DNA of 64,000 nt from an uncultured Candidatus Poseidoniales archaeon (lineage in GTDB: Archaea > Thermoplasmatota > Poseidoniia > Poseidoniales > Poseidoniaceae), in assembly GCA_905182715.1 (NCBI GenBank), contig CAJJCP010000028.1, positions 12,592 to 76,591 on the forward strand, written 5' to 3'. The translations under genes were made by a program, and so were the position numbers. Numbering within the stretch: position 1 is the first letter of the stretch; each line of letters begins with the position of its first letter. Positions 10,540 through 18,694 of the stretch are shown here, in pieces. The notes under the pieces are model-generated. The model saw nothing but the letters and a program-made list of their open reading frames with translations. It was not told the origin of the DNA and ran no database searches.

Positions 10540-10950
10540 ATGAGCGACTTTGATTATGAGTCCTTGCTCGACAGAGCACGGGAAAATATCCCTGAAGAAA
10601 TCTCTTCGAGATCCCGATGGCGATTGCCAGAGCCGCAAATTATGATCGAAGGTCAAAACACAATTTTCCGAAACTTTAACGAAGTTGTTTCAATGATGGA
10701 CCGAGATGATAACCACGTGTATCAATATCTTTTGAATGAACTTGGAACATCGGGTTCACGAGATGGACCTCGTGCACGATTCAAGGGACGTATACCTCCA
10801 AAGAGAATCAAGAGAACGCTCGTTAATTACGTCAATTCCTTCATCAAGTGCAGTCAATGCTCTGCTCCTGATACGAATTTCGTCAAGCAAGACCGAACGA
10901 CTTTACTCAAGTGTCAGGCTTGTGGTGCTACTCGTCCAGTGAAACTTTGA
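10540..10950 (+). CDS. eif2b: Translation initiation factor 2 subunit beta (aIF2-beta)
   Basis: 136 aa with a C-terminal zinc ribbon (CSQCSAPDT...LKCQACGA), typical of archaeal eIF2-beta. Confidence 0.85.
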   Translation: MSDFDYESLLDRARENIPEEISSRSRWRLPEPQIMIEGQNTIFRNFNEVVSMMDRDDNHVYQYLLNELGTSGSRDGPRARFKGRIPPKRIKRTLVNYVNSFIKCSQCSAPDTNFVKQDRTTLLKCQACGATRPVKL

Positions 10951-10964
10951 TTCACTTCACGTTC

Positions 10965-11303
10965 TCACTCAAGTTTGAGGCGGTGCTTTTCTGCGATCGT
11001 TCCAGAACGCAGGTGCTCAAGAATATCTTCTACAGCATTTTCATCAGCCACAGTATACCAAACCCCTTCTGGATAAACGACGCATGTCGGTCCAAATTCA
11101 CAATAATCAAGACATCCCGATTTCTGAACCCTTACATGAGGGATGCCAGCTTCTTTCGCAGAGGTTTTCAGTAGCCTCATCAACTCTAAACTGCCTCTCT
11201 TCGAGCAAGATGGGCGGCTCGCACCTTCCGGACGTTCATGGCCGCAAACAAACACATGGCGTTCATAGCCAGGTGTTGTCCGTCCTTTTGGGTCAGTTGG
11301 CAT
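10965..11303 (-). CDS. Thioredoxin-like [2Fe-2S] ferredoxin
   Basis: RHVFVCGHERP...PSCSKRGS...SGCLDYCEFGP gives the four-Cys pattern of the NuoE-like 2Fe-2S ferredoxin family. The start is taken at the Met giving MPTDPKG, which avoids overlap with the PCD gene. Confidence 0.7.
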   Translation of the reverse strand: MPTDPKGRTTPGYERHVFVCGHERPEGASRPSCSKRGSLELMRLLKTSAKEAGIPHVRVQKSGCLDYCEFGPTCVVYPEGVWYTVADENAVEDILEHLRSGTIAEKHRLKLE

Positions 11304-11307
11304 GCTC

Positions 11308-11556
11308 TCACTCCGCTGACATTTGAGAAATCTTTGCAGCAAGGTCGTAATCTTTCTGAGTGACGGCTTCAACTGAATGTGTGAACAGTTCTACGACGAC
11401 ATAGCCCCAGCCAAAGTGAAGTTCAGGGTGATGATTTTCTTGTTCGGAAAGAACAGATACAGCATCGACAAATTGTTTTGCGAGCGCAAAATCTTCAAAT
11501 TCATATTCGGCCATCAGGCGTCCGTCAATGAGTTCCCAGCCATCTGGGACCTTCAT
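11308..11556 (-). CDS. Pterin-4a-carbinolamine dehydratase (PCD/DCoH)
   Basis: 82 aa with DGW...EFEDF..A..FV...AE...HHPE...GWGYVVVELFTHS, the hallmark [EDKH]-x(3)-H-[HN]-P motif. Confidence 0.8.
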   Translation of the reverse strand: MKVPDGWELIDGRLMAEYEFEDFALAKQFVDAVSVLSEQENHHPELHFGWGYVVVELFTHSVEAVTQKDYDLAAKISQMSAE

Positions 11557-11560
11557 TCAA

Positions 11561-12007
11561 TCATCCCCAAAGATGAGCGTCATCACTGCCTTCGCTCTCT
11601 TTCTCCACCTTTTCATGGAGTTTTGAACGTCGCTTCATATCTGCTCGTTCGAAAGCAAGCAAACGCTTGTCATCGATGTATGCAGGTCGAGTGTGTGCAA
11701 CTAAGACAATCTGTGCAATGATGTCTCGTGCAATGTAATGGGTTTGGCCATCTTGCGTCAACAATTCAATACTGGATTTCCCAGAGGAGAGGAGTCGGCC
11801 ACGGAGCCAAGTTTCATCATCAGAAACAATCGATCGAGCATCTACAAGAATCTCTACAAAATCATCGCGTCGCAGACCATGACGTCTTTTGAGCAAATCT
11901 CCATTGTGAACATCTACAAATTCTGAAAGATCCGGAGACCCCATGTCTTCCCAAAGTGCTGTTGCCCAATCGGGTAGTTCGACTCCCTGCCTCTTTTTGT
12001 TCGCCAT
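11561..12007 (-). CDS. Hypothetical protein
   Basis: ORF lying between PCD and the divergent NOG1 gene. The likely start is MANKKRQG at 12007; the longer upstream start would overlap NOG1. No family recognised. Confidence 0.4.
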   Translation of the reverse strand: MANKKRQGVELPDWATALWEDMGSPDLSEFVDVHNGDLLKRRHGLRRDDFVEILVDARSIVSDDETWLRGRLLSSGKSSIELLTQDGQTHYIARDIIAQIVLVAHTRPAYIDDKRLLAFERADMKRRSKLHEKVEKESEGSDDAHLWG

Positions 12008-12054
12008 GTACAGTTCACGGGGCGAGGCTACTTGAACCTCGCTCTTTGAATAGC

Positions 12055-13254
12055 ATGAAACCAACATTGGCCTCATCTTCAACGGATGTCTTCATCAAGT
12101 ATGGGCCGCCGGCTAAGAACGGGGAGAAGTGTATGAAAGTCTCATGGCGTAAACTCCCTACTGTTTTACTCGAGGATGAAGTCCTTGACAAAGCCTTCTC
12201 CAGATCCAAGAAAGCAGCAGACAGAGTCGATGATTCTGACCGAACCTTTCGGGTCCGTAAACAAATGAATCGAATGGTTCAAACCGCTGCTGATATTATT
12301 TCTACAACCCTTCTCGACACTGTCAACACCTGGCCATCTCTGGACCAATCACCTCAATTTGATGTCTCAATGATCGACGCATGTGTTGGTTGTGATGATT
12401 ATCGCCACCACCTTTCCATGCTTCAATGGGGCGCTCGGCAAGTAACGAGTATCGCCATTCAAAACAGCAAAAAAATTGTTCGAACTGCTAATACCGAACT
12501 TATGCATACTGCTCGCAGAGAAGCATACGGGCGAATCTCTTCGATCTTACGTCGTGTCGGACCTTCGTTGTCTTGGTTAAGTGAAGCGCGTGAAACCCTC
12601 AAGCGTCTGCCGACTGTTGACCACATGCTTCCATGTATCGTCGTGTGTGGTGCTCCGAATGTAGGTAAATCTGCTTTCATTTCCGCTTTGAGTTCTGGAA
12701 AGATGGAAGTCAACCACTATCCCTTCACCACGAAACAAATTCACGTTGGGCATTTTATCCACCGGAGATTGCAATACCAATTGGTCGACACTCCAGGTCT
12801 CTTAGACCGGCCCCTTGAAATGCGTAATGCAATTGAATTACAAGCGATTGCCGCGTTAGAAAACATAGGTTCACTGGTGCTTTTCCTCGTTGACGAGAGT
12901 GAAGCATGTGGCACTCCAATCGAAGAACAGCAACATCTGTTAGAAGATGTTCAAAAACTTCTTCCAGGCACTGATATGATGATTGTTACCTCCAAAGCCG
13001 ACCTTTTGAAACCACTTCCCGAAAATTGGGATGAAGTTGTTGCTGCGGAGAAAGAATGGCGAGAAGAAGGCTCAGGCGGAGAACCTGTCTTGCCTCTCTT
13101 GTATGACTTGAAAGGTCGAGTTACGATGTCTGCAACAGAATTTATTGGCATGGATGCAATGCGATTAGAAATCGTTCGTCGAGTGAATCTTGCTCGACCA
13201 GTGAACCCAATGGCACTGCCTGACGGTTGGTATCGAAGAGACAAAGACGATTGA
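12055..13254 (+). CDS. NOG1-family GTP-binding protein
   Basis: NOG1 N-terminal domain (KLPTVLLEDEVLDKAF) followed by a P-loop GTPase (VCGAPNVGKSAF, DTPGLLDRP, TSKADLL). The start at 12055 (ATG) or 12133 is preferred over the GTG at 11956. Confidence 0.8.
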   Translation: MKPTLASSSTDVFIKYGPPAKNGEKCMKVSWRKLPTVLLEDEVLDKAFSRSKKAADRVDDSDRTFRVRKQMNRMVQTAADIISTTLLDTVNTWPSLDQSPQFDVSMIDACVGCDDYRHHLSMLQWGARQVTSIAIQNSKKIVRTANTELMHTARREAYGRISSILRRVGPSLSWLSEARETLKRLPTVDHMLPCIVVCGAPNVGKSAFISALSSGKMEVNHYPFTTKQIHVGHFIHRRLQYQLVDTPGLLDRPLEMRNAIELQAIAALENIGSLVLFLVDESEACGTPIEEQQHLLEDVQKLLPGTDMMIVTSKADLLKPLPENWDEVVAAEKEWREEGSGGEPVLPLLYDLKGRVTMSATEFIGMDAMRLEIVRRVNLARPVNPMALPDGWYRRDKDD

Positions 13255-15036
13255 TCACATTTGTTCGATTGGAACAATACCCAAACCTTCCATGCTGGTT
13301 CGCATGAGGTTACGGGCAATTTCTGAGAGTTGTAGATTGAACACATTGAGTTCTCCATCTTTAAGGATCATACAATCTCGATAGAAACTGTTGAATGAAG
13401 TTGCTAATTGGAGCAATTGATTTGCAAAGAGATGCGGGCGGCGGTCATTGACTGCCTTTGATAACACATCTGAATGGACACAAATGGTCCGTAGTAACTC
13501 GACCATGCCTTTTGGCATCTGTGATGGAACCGCAATCTCTTTGTTTGAAATATTCGCTTCGATATCGATGCCTGCCTTTTCACACTTTCTCACTATAGAA
13601 CATGCCCTTGCATGACTGTACATGACGAAAGGCGCCGAGCCACCTTCGAACGCTAATGCTTCTTCCCAACGGAAGGTGAATCCTTTGTCTGGACTGACCT
13701 TTATGATGTTAAAACGCACAGCTGAAGTTCCAGCAGCCTCAGAGATGGAGGCGACCAGTTCGTCGGCATAGTCCGGGTGGAGTTGACGAACAACTGCTGC
13801 TGCTTGGGCTTGAGCCTCTTCCAGTAAATCATCCATATAGACGACATTGCCTTTTCGAGTTGACATTTTACCTTCTGGTAATTTGATGAATGAATAAAAC
13901 AAAACGTCCGGAGTCTTTTGACCTAATTCCGTCAACGTCATACCAACTTGCTTTGCCTGCAGCTTGTGGTCCTCACCAAGCACATTGATCAGTTGGTCGC
14001 ATTGATTCCATTTCCAGATGTGGTAAGCGATATCTCTGGTCGCATACAATGACGAACCATCGCCTCTGCGGAAGAAGAATTCTGTTTTACCTTTCAAACC
14101 CCGTGCTCCCAAGTCCAAATATTCAGCACCGTTATCTGCAACTCCATGAATCTCAAAGGTCTTGAATTTCTCCATTAATTTGGCAACATCACCATTGGTT
14201 ACAAACATCGACTCTTTGGTAAAGGTGTCAAATCCAATTCCTAGCCGATGTAAAGTAGTGAGCATGCCATCCAATACCGGTTGGTATGCGTCTTGGAATG
14301 CTTGTAAGACCGCTTCATCACCGTGTTCGCTGGCGTGAACCATTCGTCCGATTTCGATTTCGATTTCTTCTTTATCTGAACGTTCTTGTCGAATTGATTG
14401 TGCGGCTTGATACCATCGAACCCGTTCATGGTCCGCTTTCCCTTGCCATTTTGGATTGACAGGGTCTCTTTGGTCGAGCGTTTGCTCAACTTCTACTGCG
14501 GAAAGGTTTGCCAGTGCCCAGGCTAACACACCCACTTGCTTCCCCATATCATCAACATAGTATTCTGCACGGACATTGTTGCCGTGGAGACGATGTAGGC
14601 GAACCAGCGTGTCGCCCAATATGGCGTTACGTGCACGACCTACATGGAACGGGCCGTTTGGGTTCGCTGAAGTATGTTCGATGAGGATTTGTTGTTCAAC
14701 TGCAGGTTTTTTGCCGTATGCATCACCAATTCGAACGCCATTATTCATGACTTGATTTGCTAGCCAATGTGGGTCTGCTTTGATGTTGAGATAACCTGCT
14801 ACGGCATTGACTTCTCCAAGAGCAGGATTACTCGAAAGTGCTTCGGCAAGTTGCTCTGCAATTTCTATCGGAGATTTTCCAAGTTCCTTTGCGAATGGAA
14901 AACAAGGTAATGAGAGATCACCTTGAGCGTGCTCTCTCGAACGTACGAGCATGCTTCGCCAGTGTTGCGAAGTGACACCGATGCTTTGCAGTGCAGTTTC
15001 AAGAAGAGGTTCAAGGACGGTTCTGAGCATTTGCAT
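13255..15036 (-). CDS. argS: Arginyl-tRNA synthetase
   Basis: HTSANPNGPFHVGRARNAILGD is the class I HIGH region of ArgRS; the protein is 593 aa and ends in ...IEQM. Confidence 0.95.
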   Translation of the reverse strand: MQMLRTVLEPLLETALQSIGVTSQHWRSMLVRSREHAQGDLSLPCFPFAKELGKSPIEIAEQLAEALSSNPALGEVNAVAGYLNIKADPHWLANQVMNNGVRIGDAYGKKPAVEQQILIEHTSANPNGPFHVGRARNAILGDTLVRLHRLHGNNVRAEYYVDDMGKQVGVLAWALANLSAVEVEQTLDQRDPVNPKWQGKADHERVRWYQAAQSIRQERSDKEEIEIEIGRMVHASEHGDEAVLQAFQDAYQPVLDGMLTTLHRLGIGFDTFTKESMFVTNGDVAKLMEKFKTFEIHGVADNGAEYLDLGARGLKGKTEFFFRRGDGSSLYATRDIAYHIWKWNQCDQLINVLGEDHKLQAKQVGMTLTELGQKTPDVLFYSFIKLPEGKMSTRKGNVVYMDDLLEEAQAQAAAVVRQLHPDYADELVASISEAAGTSAVRFNIIKVSPDKGFTFRWEEALAFEGGSAPFVMYSHARACSIVRKCEKAGIDIEANISNKEIAVPSQMPKGMVELLRTICVHSDVLSKAVNDRRPHLFANQLLQLATSFNSFYRDCMILKDGELNVFNLQLSEIARNLMRTSMEGLGIVPIEQM

Positions 15037-15045
15037 GAAAACACC

Positions 15046-16293
15046 TCACATCATGGGATAGCGGCAGATGCCAGCAAGCCCTCCAAATCCAAGGAGTAAT
15101 TGCGAGCCTTCTTCGGTGTCAACCGATATATAGACTATTTCAGTATTGCTTTTAGATGCTAAAACTCCGAGTTCATCAATAAGTGAAACGTTCTTCAATT
15201 CTTTTGCAGCATCGCCTGATGCATCACATGAAGGGCAGTTCGGTAATGCTTCCATACGACCAACGCTTGCAGTCCATTCGTGATTACATGAGGCGCATTC
15301 CAAAGTAATCGAATTCTTTCGCAGACCTTCAGATACTAATAAGCGGCCAACAGCGCCTTGTTCAAGTGCTTCACGTATCATCTTCTCACCGTACGTTGCT
15401 TTTGGTGCAGGTTTGACGAGTTCACTAAGGAAGGCATTCATCACTTGACGTTCAGCATCAAGTTCAATTTCGCCCATCATTGCTCCAGCATTCTCGACTA
15501 ATTCACGAACCCCACTGTCGTTTGAGTAACCAACGTCAAACGTAGTCTTAGCGATTTTCTTGACGATCTCGTGGTGAAAATATTCATTTTTGACAACGAA
15601 ATCTTTGGTAGCGCCTGGGCCACCGACGATAATTGCCTGAATGTTCTCTAAATTTGGCAGCCAGTATGAGGAGGCATGTTCAGATGCTCTCTTGAAGAAA
15701 TTATGTGCGGCTTCTTCAATTAACCGTTCGAAACGTTGAGCGGATTGACCACCTTGTCGGTGTTTGCCCATTATATTGGATACCAAGTGTTCTTGAACGT
15801 GAATTCTCTTTCCTGAAGCAATACCAAATGCAGCTTCGGAACGGTCGATAACAAACAAACCGTATGATTTCTTATCGACCAGCATATCTTCGAGTTGCGT
15901 CAACTCAAATACCGAATCGCACCGGTATCGGAATGAAATCAATGGTTGTGGAGGTTCTTCAACAACGACGTTTATCATTCTGTTCTTATTGTTCCCGATA
16001 ATGATTGAACCAACAAACAGAGCAATGCCATGTTCGCCGGCATTTTTGTATTTAGAAAGTGTTGAAAGAGCAGATTCAATTGCACCTTGAACATTTTTTC
16101 GTGTTCCTTTGGATTTGATGTTCGCAGCCTGCCCGTGTTCGTTTTGGAGCAATGAACGTGCATCAGAAACTTGTCGGTCTGGTGGGATAATAATTGTGAC
16201 TAATTCTGTTCCGAATCCCTTCATTTCTCTCAAATCTTCGAGAGCGATTTTCAGACGAAGTCGTCGCGTTGCGAGAACTGCATCATCTGACAT
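15046..16293 (-). CDS. prf1: Peptide chain release factor aRF1 (eRF1 homolog), carrying a mini zinc ribbon in domain 3
   Basis: NIKS motif (AANIKSKGT), GGQ motif (HRQGGQSAQRF), and a C-terminal CASCNHEW...CPSCD. Confidence 0.9.
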   Translation of the reverse strand: MSDDAVLATRRLRLKIALEDLREMKGFGTELVTIIIPPDRQVSDARSLLQNEHGQAANIKSKGTRKNVQGAIESALSTLSKYKNAGEHGIALFVGSIIIGNNKNRMINVVVEEPPQPLISFRYRCDSVFELTQLEDMLVDKKSYGLFVIDRSEAAFGIASGKRIHVQEHLVSNIMGKHRQGGQSAQRFERLIEEAAHNFFKRASEHASSYWLPNLENIQAIIVGGPGATKDFVVKNEYFHHEIVKKIAKTTFDVGYSNDSGVRELVENAGAMMGEIELDAERQVMNAFLSELVKPAPKATYGEKMIREALEQGAVGRLLVSEGLRKNSITLECASCNHEWTASVGRMEALPNCPSCDASGDAAKELKNVSLIDELGVLASKSNTEIVYISVDTEEGSQLLLGFGGLAGICRYPMM

Positions 16294-16445
16294 AGGAGTT
16301 GGCCTCATTTCAATGGCATGGTTGAGGGGTCTTCAACTCTCTTATGCAGTACAATCGTTTCCTTTCAGATTTTCACTCGATTGATGACCGTAACTCTGTG
16401 TTCAAGGGGGATAGTCTCAAAGTATGGAGGCGTAAGGAGTGTTTG

Positions 16446-17150
16446 ATGACCCGTCGTCAAGTCGTTGCTTTGGGAGGTAGCCTCCTGCGCCCTGAAGAGT
16501 CTGAGCAACGTACGGCGTGGTTTGGCCAAATACGGCAACTTGCGGTACACATTGAGGGGAATGGCCGACACCTTGGAATTGTAGTTGGTGGAGGGCTTCC
16601 TGCCCGTGAAGGGATTGAACTTGCCAAGACTATGGTTAGCGACAGTCACCGTCTTGACGAAGTTGGAATTGCTGCAACACGTCTCAATGCAACTATCATT
16701 CAACAAATTCTTCTCGACATCGGCATCGATGTGGCCCCTGTTATTCCTACAACCACGGAGCAAGCCGCAGAACTTCTTGCCAAGCACAACTTGGTCATCA
16801 TGGGGGGAACGACACCCGGCCATACAACCGATGCTGTTGCGGTCGCCTTTGCTCGAGATGCCGGCGCTGGACACTGTATCATTGCCACAAATGTGAGCCA
16901 TGTTTTCGATAAAGACCCTCGAGAACATGAAGACGCCCAATCTTTCAGTACGATGACCTTTGATCAACTCGCAGAAATTACTGGTATCGATGAACCGCTT
17001 GCACCGGGTGCATCTGCAGTCATTGACCCCATTGCGGTTGGATGGGCAAAAAAAGCCGCCATTACTCTTGCTGTCCTTGATGGACGTAATATGCTACTTT
17101 TGGAAGAAGCATTGGATGGAAAATCATTCGAAGGAACACTTATTCAATGA
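16446..17150 (+). CDS. pyrH: Uridylate (UMP) kinase, archaeal type
   Basis: VVALGGSLL...IVVGGG...IMGGTTPGHTTDAVA, an amino-acid kinase fold typical of UMPK. The start is set at MTRRQVV. Confidence 0.85.
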   Translation: MTRRQVVALGGSLLRPEESEQRTAWFGQIRQLAVHIEGNGRHLGIVVGGGLPAREGIELAKTMVSDSHRLDEVGIAATRLNATIIQQILLDIGIDVAPVIPTTTEQAAELLAKHNLVIMGGTTPGHTTDAVAVAFARDAGAGHCIIATNVSHVFDKDPREHEDAQSFSTMTFDQLAEITGIDEPLAPGASAVIDPIAVGWAKKAAITLAVLDGRNMLLLEEALDGKSFEGTLIQ

Positions 17151-17156
17151 GGTGTA

Positions 17157-17441
17157 ATGATGGTAGATGCAAATAAAGTAAAGGAAAACCTCGCCAAAAT
17201 GGGAAATAAAGCACGCAATTCTCTTTCCACAGGTAAAGTACAACCTCACAAACATTGTCGGATTTGTTTCACACCGATTAAGTTGTCATCTGAACCTCGT
17301 GTCTGTAAAGACCAAGCTTGTATTGACAAGAACGGTCGTGATGAACGAAATCAAAAGCAGATGCGAATCTGGATGTTTGTCTTCCTTGGCTTGTTTGCCT
17401 TCAGTTTTATTGGCCCAATCGTACTTCGTTCAGTCTTTTGA
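17157..17441 (+). CDS. Small zinc-ribbon protein with a C-terminal transmembrane helix
   Basis: CRICF...CKDQAC followed by IWMFVFLGLFAFSFIGPIVL; starts 7 nt after the pyrH stop. Confidence 0.4.
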   Translation: MMVDANKVKENLAKMGNKARNSLSTGKVQPHKHCRICFTPIKLSSEPRVCKDQACIDKNGRDERNQKQMRIWMFVFLGLFAFSFIGPIVLRSVF

Positions 17442-17960
17442 ACCGAGGGCGGATTTCCTTCTGAATTCATCAAGCATCTCTTGAGGTTCCTTATCTCCGA
17501 GAGAATCAACCTTTGAAATCGCTTTCATTTGGTCTCCAAGTTTGAACAATTCACTAAAGGCTTCATCTATATTCTGAACTTGCTTCAAGAATCGAATCGG
17601 TGGCCATCCGCAATCGATGACGCCAGGTTCGAGTGTACTTTCTTCAACCCAAGCCGCACAAGCATCACCGTGGCACAGTGCTGAGAAGTTGTCTAAATCC
17701 ATCCAGAAGGTTCGGCGACCACAGACCGGGCAATCCTTGCACTCCATTGTTGAGAGTACATTTACTCCATTTTCGCCGATGACATCGATGTCCCAAACGA
17801 CAACAGTTGAAGAGGTGAGTAACATGAGTTCACTCTTTTTGAGAAAGTTTCGTAAGACTTGCCAAGCCGTATCTTCACTCGAAAAGCATCCAAGTGCCAA
17901 TGAATTACCGCCTTCTTCTACGACTGAAGCAACATAGACACGCTGGACTTCATCGGCCAT
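17430..17960 (-). CDS. Hypothetical Cys-rich protein
   Basis: 176 aa with CKDCPVCG...CHGDAC, a possible zinc finger. No family recognised. Confidence 0.45.
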   Translation of the reverse strand: MADEVQRVYVASVVEEGGNSLALGCFSSEDTAWQVLRNFLKKSELMLLTSSTVVVWDIDVIGENGVNVLSTMECKDCPVCGRRTFWMDLDNFSALCHGDACAAWVEESTLEPGVIDCGWPPIRFLKQVQNIDEAFSELFKLGDQMKAISKVDSLGDKEPQEMLDEFRRKSALGSKD

Positions 17961-17996
17961 AGCATGTCGTGGATGTTGCTGGGTTTCAAGCCTCGC

Positions 17997-18359
17997 TCAG
18001 TTTCGAGTCCATTCCAGTTCAACAACAGCTAAGCCACCTGAGTGGGGGAGAGGTGCTTCTGGCTTTTCGATGCGAACATGTAATGTTTCAACTTGAGCCT
18101 TCACACAGAGTTCATCGACGACCTTTTGGGCCATTGTTTCCATAAGGAGGATTGGCTTTTCCGATTGCAACATCACTTTGTCAATGGCGATTTGGATATC
18201 AGCATAGTTCAATGTTTGATCGAGTTTTTCTTCGATCTGGGAGTTTCCAAGCGTTGCCCAGACGCTGAACACGAATGGTTGATTATGCTCATGTTCATGG
18301 GAGTAATAGCCATGTTTAGCCATCACTGTATAGGACTCTAAAGCAACACGAATTGTCAT
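17997..18359 (-). CDS. folB: Dihydroneopterin aldolase family protein
   Basis: 120 aa; the pattern IRVALESYTVMAKHGYYSHEHEHNQPFVFSVWATL...NYADI...KP.AP...AVVE matches the FolB/DHNA fold. Confidence 0.65.
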   Translation of the reverse strand: MTIRVALESYTVMAKHGYYSHEHEHNQPFVFSVWATLGNSQIEEKLDQTLNYADIQIAIDKVMLQSEKPILLMETMAQKVVDELCVKAQVETLHVRIEKPEAPLPHSGGLAVVELEWTRN

Positions 18360-18367
18360 AGAATCAC

Positions 18368-18655
18368 CTATTCGTCGCGCTCATGGACCCAAATCAAATG
18401 GTAGCCGAATTGAGTTTTGACCGGTTCCGAAACAGTAGCTACTGGCATTGTCCATACCGCTTCTTCGAATTCACGAACCATCTGACCCTTGCGGAACCAA
18501 CCGAGGTCTCCACCTTTTTGGCTTGAAGGGCAGGTGCTCTTTTTACGAGCAAGTTTCTGAAAATCTTTCAATTTCTCAACCTTATCCTTGATTTGAACTG
18601 CTTCTGACTTTGAAGTCACAAGGATGTGAGATGCCCATGCACTTGGAGCGACCAT
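18368..18655 (-). CDS. Parvulin-type peptidyl-prolyl cis-trans isomerase
   Basis: HILV...CPSSQKGGDLGWFRKGQMVREFEEA...FGYHLI gives a PpiC rotamase domain of about 95 aa. Confidence 0.8.
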   Translation of the reverse strand: MVAPSAWASHILVTSKSEAVQIKDKVEKLKDFQKLARKKSTCPSSQKGGDLGWFRKGQMVREFEEAVWTMPVATVSEPVKTQFGYHLIWVHERDE

Positions 18656-18694
18656 GTGGCTACCTGCTGGCTTCAGTTATTGAAACTCTCGCCA

